Source: Bryobacterales bacterium
GTDB lineage: Bacteria > Acidobacteriota > Terriglobia > Bryobacterales > Bryobacteraceae
Length of the DNA stretch: 64,000 bases
Assembly (NCBI GenBank): GCA_003164035.1
Contig: PLRS01000090.1
Span: 18,229-82,228, forward strand
Direction: 5' to 3'
Program-made: the position numbers and the translations under genes
Part shown: one piece after another, positions 19,726 through 27,187 of the stretch
How the letters are laid out: each line of letters begins with the position of its first letter
How positions within the stretch are numbered: position 1 is the stretch's first letter
Notes under the pieces: model-generated
What the model saw: the letters and a program-made list of their open reading frames with translations, nothing else
Told to the model about the DNA's origin: nothing
The model's database searches: none

Positions 19726-19834
19726 CGACAAAGGCGAACGGCGGCGAACGGTAAGACCAGGACTTTTGTGATAGCATCTGTGGTTTCGAATATTCCCGGT
19801 GCAGGCTTCCCTTCCGCGGAGAACTGGAGAACGC

Positions 19835-20683
19835 ATGAATCGCGACGAATTCCGAGTGCGGCGAGTCGCCTCGGAAAACCTGGTGGTGGAGCAGTTGCCA
19901 GACGGCTCGACCGCGGTGTTCGATACCCGCACCGGGACTATCCATTCCCTGAACGCGAGCGCGGCCGCCGCGTTTGAGGCGTGTCGCGAAAGTTGCACCG
20001 TGGCCTGGGTGGCGCGGGGGATGAGCGAACTGTTGCATGAGGCTGTGACCGAAGAGGTCGCGCTTCGGGCCGTCTCCGAGTTGGAAGCGGCCGGTCTGGT
20101 GGTGTGTTCGGGTTCCGTGGAACTGGACGGCCAGGGCGCCTCGCGGAGGTCCATGCTGCAAGCGGTTTCCACCGTGGCGTTGCCGGTGGTTCTATCGCTC
20201 GGAGCGGCCGAACAGAAGGCTTTTGCGATTGGAGCCGGTTCCGGAACGACGACCAGCACGACTACCACAACGGCAGCTCCCACCACCACCACGACTACGA
20301 CAACAACGACAACAGCGGCCCCAACAACGACTACCACAACAACAACCACGACGACCACCACCACGACGACCACGCCGGCGCCCCCGCAGATTCAAGGTGT
20401 GTCCCCATCCACCTCCGTGTGCGGCCAGAATTTTCAGTCATTCGTAATCACGGGTCTGAACACGAACTGGACTGCATCCACGACCGTGTCGGCGGCTTTG
20501 CCCGGGATGAGCGTCACCTCCGTTACCTTCAACAGCGCTACCCAACTGACCGTGACCGTAGTGGGCTTCACTGGCTACACCTACTATCTCTACTGGGGCG
20601 CTGCCGTGGACCTGGTGGTGACCACCGGCGCCCAGAACCTCCCGACTGGCGGCACCCTCCTCTTCGGAACGTGCGCCGTCTGA
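19835..20683 (+). CDS. PqqD/RRE-like domain fused to Tat-like signal, poly-threonine tract and Ig-like C-terminal domain
   Basis: GGAGAA lies 4 nt before the ATG at 19835. The N-terminal roughly 95 aa (VVEQLPDGSTAVFDTRTGTIHSLNASAAAAFEAC...ELEAAGLV) look PqqD-like. They are followed by SRRSMLQAVSTVALPVVLSLGAAEQKAFA, then 43 residues with 36 Thr, then a beta-rich domain. Confidence 0.7.
   Translation: MNRDEFRVRRVASENLVVEQLPDGSTAVFDTRTGTIHSLNASAAAAFEACRESCTVAWVARGMSELLHEAVTEEVALRAVSELEAAGLVVCSGSVELDGQGASRRSMLQAVSTVALPVVLSLGAAEQKAFAIGAGSGTTTSTTTTTAAPTTTTTTTTTTTAAPTTTTTTTTTTTTTTTTTPAPPQIQGVSPSTSVCGQNFQSFVITGLNTNWTASTTVSAALPGMSVTSVTFNSATQLTVTVVGFTGYTYYLYWGAAVDLVVTTGAQNLPTGGTLLFGTCAV
20246..20374 (+). 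repeat. Poly-threonine coding tract (T3-S-T5-AAP-T11-AAP-T17)
   Basis: Read directly. Mixed ACG/ACC/ACA/ACT codons are used. The motif ACGACTACCACAAC recurs here and again at 19596..19609. Confidence 0.95.
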
Positions 20684-20815
20684 AATCGGGCTTTTCCCGC
20701 CGATACCCTAAAGCAATTGGGGGCCGGCCGCGGCCCCTTGACTTAACACATGATTTCCGAAATACACACCCGTTTCCCGAGGAGCTTGTGGGGCAGGCGA
20801 ATCGCCTAGCCCATA

Positions 20816-22261
20816 ATGTCCGATAACCCCTCCCCCGCAACCCGGCAACTCCCGCTTCCGCGGCTGCTGGAGATCCTTGCTCAGCTCCCACCGTCTTCGC
20901 CTCTCTTCAAACATGCGGCGGGGCTGCTCGATACCTGCCTGGTTCCGGGTTGGGACCAGGTCCCCCGCCAGCGCGCGTCCGGCCCCAAGCGTTTCCTGAC
21001 CATCGGGATGGCCACCTACGACGACTATGACGGCGTCTACTTTTCCGTCCAGGCCATCCGCCTATACCATCCCGAGATTACGCCGGACACGGAAATCCTG
21101 GTGCTCGACAACAACCCTGGGGGACCTTGCTCGGCGGCCTTGAAGAAGCTGGAAGGCCAGGTGCCCGGTTACCGTTACATCGCCTACGATCGATCGACCG
21201 GAACCGCGATTCGCGACCTGCTTTTTCGCGAGGCGAATTCCGATTACGTGCTGGCGATGGATGCGCACGTACTGTTCGCTCCCCATTCGCTGGCCCGGCT
21301 GGTTGCGTTTCTGAAGACACAGCCCGATTCGGTGGACCTTTGGCAAGGCCCACTGCTATACGACAACCAGACCAGCTTGTCCACGCATTTTGCTCCGGAG
21401 TGGTCGGGTGGCATGTACGGCGCCTGGCGGACCGACGAGCGCGGCACCGATCCGGACGCGCCGCCTTTTGAAATCCCCATGCAGGGACTGGGCGCGTTTG
21501 CCTGCCGCAGACAGGCCTGGCCCGGTTTCAATCCACGTTTGAGCGGATTCGGCGGCGAGGAAGGCTACCTTCACGAAAAGATCCGGCGCAATGGCGGCAA
21601 GGTGTTCTGCCTCCCGTTCCTGCGCTGGATGCACCGCTTCGACCGCCCGCAGGGTACCCGCTATCCCGTCTCCTGGAAAGACCGCATCCGCAATTACCTC
21701 ATCGAGTATGATGAGCTCGGTCTCGATCCGGCCCCCGTCGTGGCTCATTTCGAGAAACACCTGGCACCCGGCGAGGCACGCCCGCTGGTGGAAGCCGCCC
21801 AGCGCGAGATCGCGGGCCCCTTCCACATGTTCGACGGGATCTACCGCACCAATGCGCGCGGCCTTGACGACCCGCCCAATATCCGCCACTTCACGGCCGT
21901 GGCGAACCTCTTCGACCCGGATATCGGCCGCGCGCTGGCGCATCGATCGATTCTGGAAGAAGCTCGCCGCCAGTGCCTGACGAGCGTCTTGATCCTGGAC
22001 GACGACTTTGAATTCGGTCCTGAAGCGATCGAAAAGTTCGACGTTGCGCTCCGCGGTTTGCGCGGATGCGAGTGGCGGGGATGCCGCCTCCCCGGCGGGA
22101 TGGCGTTTGCCGGCGGGGTCTTCAGCCGCGCTCTGGCCGAGATTCCCACAACGCCTTCCGCGATCGCGTTGTGGCTGCGCGAGCGGAGCGGTCTGGATGA
22201 ATATTACACGCAAGCCTTCGCCAACGCTCCCGAGCAGGCCGATGCGAAACTTCGCCTATAG
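20816..22261 (+). CDS. two-domain glycosyltransferase (N-terminal GT-A/GT2-like with D-x-H, C-terminal GT25-like)
   Basis: The N-terminal half has EILVLDNNPGG, LAMDAHVLF and GFGGEEGYLHEKIRRNGG, which are GT-A features. The C-terminal IGRALAHRSILEEARRQCLTSVLILDDDFEF resembles the GT25 signature GCxLSH...ILEDD. Confidence 0.65.
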   Translation: MSDNPSPATRQLPLPRLLEILAQLPPSSPLFKHAAGLLDTCLVPGWDQVPRQRASGPKRFLTIGMATYDDYDGVYFSVQAIRLYHPEITPDTEILVLDNNPGGPCSAALKKLEGQVPGYRYIAYDRSTGTAIRDLLFREANSDYVLAMDAHVLFAPHSLARLVAFLKTQPDSVDLWQGPLLYDNQTSLSTHFAPEWSGGMYGAWRTDERGTDPDAPPFEIPMQGLGAFACRRQAWPGFNPRLSGFGGEEGYLHEKIRRNGGKVFCLPFLRWMHRFDRPQGTRYPVSWKDRIRNYLIEYDELGLDPAPVVAHFEKHLAPGEARPLVEAAQREIAGPFHMFDGIYRTNARGLDDPPNIRHFTAVANLFDPDIGRALAHRSILEEARRQCLTSVLILDDDFEFGPEAIEKFDVALRGLRGCEWRGCRLPGGMAFAGGVFSRALAEIPTTPSAIALWLRERSGLDEYYTQAFANAPEQADAKLRL

Positions 22262-22359
22262 ACAGTCGGGTCGAGGATAGCTTTCACTACCCTCCGCCCG
22301 CCTTGTCCCCGCTCTTGGCTCCCTCCTTGCCATCTGTTACACTCAGATCCGTAAGTCGA

Positions 22360-22515
22360 AATTTTCGCTGGTGCACGGGAAGCTGGTGAGAGTCCAGCAC
22401 GGCCCCGCCACTGTAAGCGTGGAGGTTCGGTCGCGGCAGTCCACTGTTCCTCGCGGAATGGGAAGGCAGATCGAACCGCTGAAGCGCAAGTCAGGAGACC
22501 GGCCGGCGAAATCGC
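22360..22515 (+). promoter_or_regulatory. cobalamin (B12) riboswitch
   Basis: GGTGCACGGGAAGCTGGTGAGAGTCCAGCACGGCCCCGCCACTGT core plus a B12-box-like AAGTCAGGAGACCGGCC. P1 pairs TTTCGCTGG with CCGGCGAAA. The RBS GAGGGAGGAG and the ATG of the receptor gene lie just downstream. Confidence 0.85.
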
Positions 22516-22545
22516 TACAAATCTGCTCTCGAGGGAGGAGCATAA

Positions 22546-24738
22546 ATGCAACGTTACGTTTCGGGCCTGGTTCGCGGTCTTCTTTTCTCGGCCGGTTTTG
22601 CGATCGCCGCTCCGGCCGCCACCCTTACAGGAACAGTGGCCGATCCATCCGGGTTGCCGGTTGCCGGAGCTCAGGTTTCGGTGGTCGATCGCGTCGGCGT
22701 GGAGGCACAAACGCCGGTCGGCATCAACGGATGGTTCGAACTGAAGACGCCGCCTGGGCTGGCCGCCGATGCCAAAGTCGTGATCACGGCGGCCGGGTTT
22801 CGCACCGTCGAAATCATGGCGGGCGCCATTAACGCGCCGCTGGCGGTGAGAATGCAGTTGGCGCCGGTGGTGGATTCGGTGCGCGTGGCCGGTTCGGCGC
22901 TGGACGTGCCCGTGAGCCAGCAGGGCGGCAGCGTCAGCCTGATTCCCCGCGACGAAATCGAAACCAGCGACCAGCCGTTGGCGCTCGATCTGCTGCGCAC
23001 GCTTCCCGGCATGGTCTTCAGCCAGACCGGCAACACCGGCGCCATCGCCCAATTGTACGCGCGCGGCGGCGATACCGATTACAACCTTGTCGAGATCGAT
23101 GGCGTACCGGTAAACGCTTTCGGCGGCAGCTTCGATTTCTCGCACATTCCCACCGAAGAGCTGGACCACGTGGAGGTGGCGACCGGCGCCCAATCGTCCG
23201 TGTACGGGGAATATGCCAACAGCAGCGTGGTGAACTTCGTGACCCGCGATCCCAACGCCCCGGCGAATGTGGACGTGGTGGCCGAAGGCGGCAGCTACGC
23301 TGAGCACCGTTTCGGAATCTCCGGCGGCGGCCAGGTGGCGGGTTTCGGCGTGGCCGCTTCGGCTTCGCGGATGGACGACGCGGGGCCGGTGCCCAACAGC
23401 GACTATCATAATGAAGGCGCGCTGCTCAACGTGACGCGCCGGATGGGCCGGCAGACTTTCAACCTCCACGCCGATTTCGATTCCTGGAACGTGGGCGAGC
23501 CCGGCCCGTACGGCTCCGATCCGCTCGGCGATTATACCGGCTACGACCTGATCAGCCGCTCCCGCAACAACTTCGGCGATTACCTGGCGCACTACGAAAT
23601 CGAAGCCGGCGAGCGCCTGCGCGAAGACGTATTCGCCAGCTTCTTTCTCGACAATGCCGGCTACACCAGCCCCTACGGATTTTCGTTCAACAAAGACCTG
23701 CGCGGCCAGGGCGAGGAACGCACCATTATCAGCGTCACGCGCCATTACACCATGGCGGTAGGCGCCAGCGAGACTCTGGAGGAAGTCCGCAACACCTATG
23801 TGACCGACGAGGCTTCCGATACCTTTCCCGTCCGCCGCAACGACACCGCCGTGTATTGGGAGAACCGCTTCCAGCTTGGCGGCCACTTTTTCTTCGATGC
23901 CGGCGTGCGCGGCGAATTCGTCCGCACCGGCGCGATTGCGACCGACGGCTACTCGCGGCCGTTTTTTCCGGCGCAGACCGTGGACGCGGCCGATCCCAAG
24001 CTTTCCGCCGCTTACGTGCACGGCGGCGCGCGCCTGCACGCGTCGTTCGGCACCGGCCTTCGGCCGCCCGATGTGTACGACATTGCCTTCACCGACAACC
24101 CGGCGCTGAAGCCCGAACGCACCCACAGCTTCGAAGCCGGTATCGAGCAGAAGTTCGCGGGAGACAAGCTGGTTCTGGACGGCACTTACTTTTATAACCG
24201 TTACTACGACCTGATCGTGATTCTGGGCGGATCGCTTTCGGTGCTGAGTCACTACGAGTCGGATAACATTGCCAATTCCGAAGCGCAGGGCGCCGAGTTC
24301 AGGGCGCAATACCGCCCGGCGCGGTGGCTGTTCGTCACCGGCTCTTATACCCACCTGGCTACCCAGATCCTGGCGTTGAACGGATCGGGTGACCTGGCGC
24401 CGGCGCCGTTCGCGGTGGGGCAGGAACTGTTGCGGCGCCCGGCGGATTCCGGTTCCGGCACGGCGTCGTTCCTGCGCGGCAGAGTGTCGGGCCATGTCAC
24501 CGGTTACTTTCGCGGCTCGGACCTGGACGTGGAGCCTACTTATGGCGCGACCGCGGGACTCTACCGCTGCCCCGGCTTTGTCAATCTGGGAATCAGCTTG
24601 AACATCCGGCTGGGTCACGGTCTGACGGCATATGGCAATCTGCGTAACGCGCTCGACCGGCGCTATGAAGACGCGTTCGGCTACCCCGCGCTGAGGCTGA
24701 ATTTTGTAAGTGGCGTGAGATGGACGATCGCGAAGTAG
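22546..24738 (+). CDS. TonB-dependent receptor with N-terminal carboxypeptidase-regulatory-like domain (likely corrinoid uptake)
   Basis: Signal peptide, a TLTGTVADPSGLPVAGAQVSV domain, a plug region (DLLRTLPGMVF) and a beta-barrel. It sits directly behind the B12 riboswitch. Confidence 0.85.
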   Translation: MQRYVSGLVRGLLFSAGFAIAAPAATLTGTVADPSGLPVAGAQVSVVDRVGVEAQTPVGINGWFELKTPPGLAADAKVVITAAGFRTVEIMAGAINAPLAVRMQLAPVVDSVRVAGSALDVPVSQQGGSVSLIPRDEIETSDQPLALDLLRTLPGMVFSQTGNTGAIAQLYARGGDTDYNLVEIDGVPVNAFGGSFDFSHIPTEELDHVEVATGAQSSVYGEYANSSVVNFVTRDPNAPANVDVVAEGGSYAEHRFGISGGGQVAGFGVAASASRMDDAGPVPNSDYHNEGALLNVTRRMGRQTFNLHADFDSWNVGEPGPYGSDPLGDYTGYDLISRSRNNFGDYLAHYEIEAGERLREDVFASFFLDNAGYTSPYGFSFNKDLRGQGEERTIISVTRHYTMAVGASETLEEVRNTYVTDEASDTFPVRRNDTAVYWENRFQLGGHFFFDAGVRGEFVRTGAIATDGYSRPFFPAQTVDAADPKLSAAYVHGGARLHASFGTGLRPPDVYDIAFTDNPALKPERTHSFEAGIEQKFAGDKLVLDGTYFYNRYYDLIVILGGSLSVLSHYESDNIANSEAQGAEFRAQYRPARWLFVTGSYTHLATQILALNGSGDLAPAPFAVGQELLRRPADSGSGTASFLRGRVSGHVTGYFRGSDLDVEPTYGATAGLYRCPGFVNLGISLNIRLGHGLTAYGNLRNALDRRYEDAFGYPALRLNFVSGVRWTIAK

Positions 24739-25007
24739 CTTTCAGCGTAGAACGGGACTTGACCGGCAAGTGGTCGCCCGCCGGGCCCGTTGCGTAGCGC
24801 GAACAACACCCGTCCGCCCGTCCCGCCCCCAATGCACCCCAGGGATGTGGCCACATACCTCTCCGCCCCATGCGCGAAGTGTTATCTACGCCTTCCCGTA
24901 TCCTCGCTTTTTCTTCGCCTCCGCCCCTCAGTTCCATCCCTGCTTCCAGCGGGTGCCTTTTTTTGTAAATCCTTTATTTTCTCCAGCCGGGTACGTTATC
25001 CTGGTAA

Positions 25008-25982
25008 TTGCGCCAAATTGTGCTAGTTTTGTTTTTGTTGGCGGGGTACGCGCCGGCTTGGGCCCAAACTGCGCTCAAGCTGGAGAAAAGCGGCGACGCC
25101 ATGGGGTCTACTTATACGGTGGTGCTCTACGGCACCGACCGGGTGGCCATGGAAGCCGCCGCCGACGCGGCGCTCGACGAGGCACGGCGCCTGGACGATC
25201 TGTTGTCGAATTATAAGCCCACCAGCGAATGGAGCCGCGTGAACCAGCGCGCCGCCGGGGGCCCGGTCCGGATTTCCGAAGAGCTGTTCCAGTTGTTCGC
25301 GGCCTGCCTCGAATACAGCCGCGAAAGTGAAGGGGCGTTTGATATTTCGGTGGGCCCGTTGATGAAGGTTTGGGGGTTTTACAAAGATACGGGACATCTG
25401 CCGCACCGCGCCGAAGTGATGACTGCGCTCGAAAAAACCGGCTACCGGCACGTGCATCTCGATGCGGCCGCTCAGACTGTGTGGTTCGACCGGGCGGGCG
25501 TGGAACTCGATCCCGGCGGCATCGGCAAAGGTTATGCCGTGGATCGCATGGTCGAAGTGCTGCGCCGGATGCACGTAGAAACGGCGCTGGTGGCCGGGTC
25601 GGGCAGCAGCATTTACGGGCTGGGCGCGCCGCCCGATTCGCCCGGCGGCTGGCCCATCGATATCCGCGATCCGTGGCATCCGAGACAGAAGGCCGCGGAT
25701 GTGTTTTTGAAGGATATGTCCCTGTCCACCTCCGGCAGTTACGAGAAGTTCTTCCGCGCGGAAGGACGCATCTATGCCCATATCATGGATCCGCGCACGG
25801 GATACCCGGCGCAGGGAAGCGTGGCGGTTTCGGTCGTGGCTCCGCGAACCATCGACAGCGAAGCTTGGGCCAAACCCTATTTCGTGAATGGCCGCCAGTG
25901 GGCGGCCCAGCATAAGGCAAAGGATTTTCGCGTTTTCTTTTGCCAGGACAGGACGGATCACCCATGCGCGTGGCTCCAATGA
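25008..25982 (+). CDS. apbE: FAD:protein FMN transferase (ApbE family)
   Basis: AFDISVGPLMKVWGF, GGIGKGYAVDRM and YAHIMDPRTGYP blocks. The start is TTG 25008 or GTG 25020. Confidence 0.85.
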   Translation: MRQIVLVLFLLAGYAPAWAQTALKLEKSGDAMGSTYTVVLYGTDRVAMEAAADAALDEARRLDDLLSNYKPTSEWSRVNQRAAGGPVRISEELFQLFAACLEYSRESEGAFDISVGPLMKVWGFYKDTGHLPHRAEVMTALEKTGYRHVHLDAAAQTVWFDRAGVELDPGGIGKGYAVDRMVEVLRRMHVETALVAGSGSSIYGLGAPPDSPGGWPIDIRDPWHPRQKAADVFLKDMSLSTSGSYEKFFRAEGRIYAHIMDPRTGYPAQGSVAVSVVAPRTIDSEAWAKPYFVNGRQWAAQHKAKDFRVFFCQDRTDHPCAWLQ

Positions 25983-27001
25983 CAAGCCGCTTCCTCGACG
26001 CCTGCCGCCGCCGGCCCACCGATGTCCGGCCGGTATGGTTCATGCGGCAGGCCGGCCGCTATCTCAAGCAGTACCGGCACATCCGCGAGCGGTATAGCAT
26101 CCTCGAAATGTGTAAACGGCCCGACCTGGCGTCCACCGTCACTCTCCAGCCGGTCGAATTGCTGGACGTCGACGCCGCCATCATCTTCGCCGATCTGCTG
26201 CTGCCGGTCGAGCCCATGGGCCTCAAGTTGCGCTATGTCACCGGCGAGGGTCCCGTCATCGATAATCCGGTGCGCACCACCGACGACGTGGATTCCCTCT
26301 CCACCGCCAATACCGACGACCTCGGCTACGTCGGCGAATCCATACAGCAGGTAGTCCGCGCCCTGGCCGGCCGCGTTCCCGTCATCGGTTTCGTGGGCGC
26401 GCCCTTCACCATGGCCAGTTACATGATCGAAGGCGGCGCCTCCCGCAATTTCGTCCGCACCAAGCGCCTGATGTATAGCGACGAGACCCTCTGGCGCCGT
26501 TTGATGGGGAAGATCGTCGACGTGCTGGCCCCCTTCGCCCACCTCCAGGTGGCTTCTGGCGCCCGCGCCATCCAGGTGTTCGATAGCTGGGTGGGCGCGC
26601 TCGGCTCGGACGATTACGTACGCTTTGCCGCCCCCTATTCCCGCGCCCTCATCGAACGCATCCGCTCCACGGGCGTGCCGGTCATCCATTTCGGTACCGG
26701 CGCCTCCGGCTTTTTCCGCGAGCTGCACGCCGCCGGAGGCGACGTCATGGGCGTCGACTGGCGCATGAATATCGATCAGGCCTGGGTGGATATCAGCTAC
26801 CGCTCCGCCATTCAGGGCAACCTCGACCCGGTGGCGCTGTTCGCTCCCTTGCACGAGCTGCGCACCAAGGTCCACGAACTGCTCAAGCGCACCGGTACCC
26901 GTCCCGGCCACATTTTCAATCTGGGCCACGGCATCCTGCCCGACACCCCTCCCGAACACGTCCGCGCCGTGGTGCAGATGGTGCGCGAGTTCAAACCGTA
27001 G
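25979..27001 (+). CDS. hemE: uroporphyrinogen decarboxylase
   Basis: RPVWFMRQAGRYLKQYR signature. ATGA overlap with the apbE stop. Confidence 0.9.
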   Translation: MTSRFLDACRRRPTDVRPVWFMRQAGRYLKQYRHIRERYSILEMCKRPDLASTVTLQPVELLDVDAAIIFADLLLPVEPMGLKLRYVTGEGPVIDNPVRTTDDVDSLSTANTDDLGYVGESIQQVVRALAGRVPVIGFVGAPFTMASYMIEGGASRNFVRTKRLMYSDETLWRRLMGKIVDVLAPFAHLQVASGARAIQVFDSWVGALGSDDYVRFAAPYSRALIERIRSTGVPVIHFGTGASGFFRELHAAGGDVMGVDWRMNIDQAWVDISYRSAIQGNLDPVALFAPLHELRTKVHELLKRTGTRPGHIFNLGHGILPDTPPEHVRAVVQMVREFKP

Positions 27002-27025
27002 GGGAGAGTTGGGGATGCCGCGAGT

Positions 27026-27054
27026 CAGAGCCGCGACCGTGAGGGAGCGGTTGC
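27026..27054. repeat. Family A repeat, single arm
   Basis: CAGAGCCGCGACCGTGAGGGAGCGGTTGC. Confidence 0.8.
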
Positions 27055-27089
27055 CGGAGCCGCTTCCATCGCTCCGGTCAGGCTCTCAG

Positions 27090-27175
27090 GTGGGACAGAC
27101 GATCGTTTTTCGTCGTCTGTCACTTGGCCGCTCGAGCGGGGCCGACAGACGACAGAAAACGATCGTCTGTCCCAC
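27090..27175. repeat. Family B double-hairpin repeat (GTGGGACAGACGATCGTTTTTCGTCGTCTGTC ... inverted copy)
   Basis: Two inverted hairpin units seen directly. Related copies lie at 52021, 58520 and, in degenerate form, 63346. Confidence 0.85.
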
Positions 27176-27187
27176 CGTGGCTCCCCC

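Noticed and set aside
19570-20373. 267-aa minus-strand ORF beginning with long poly-valine runs.
   Set aside because: It is simply the antisense reading of the Thr codons (ACN gives NGT). The plus-strand frame has an RBS, a PqqD-like domain and a coherent domain architecture.
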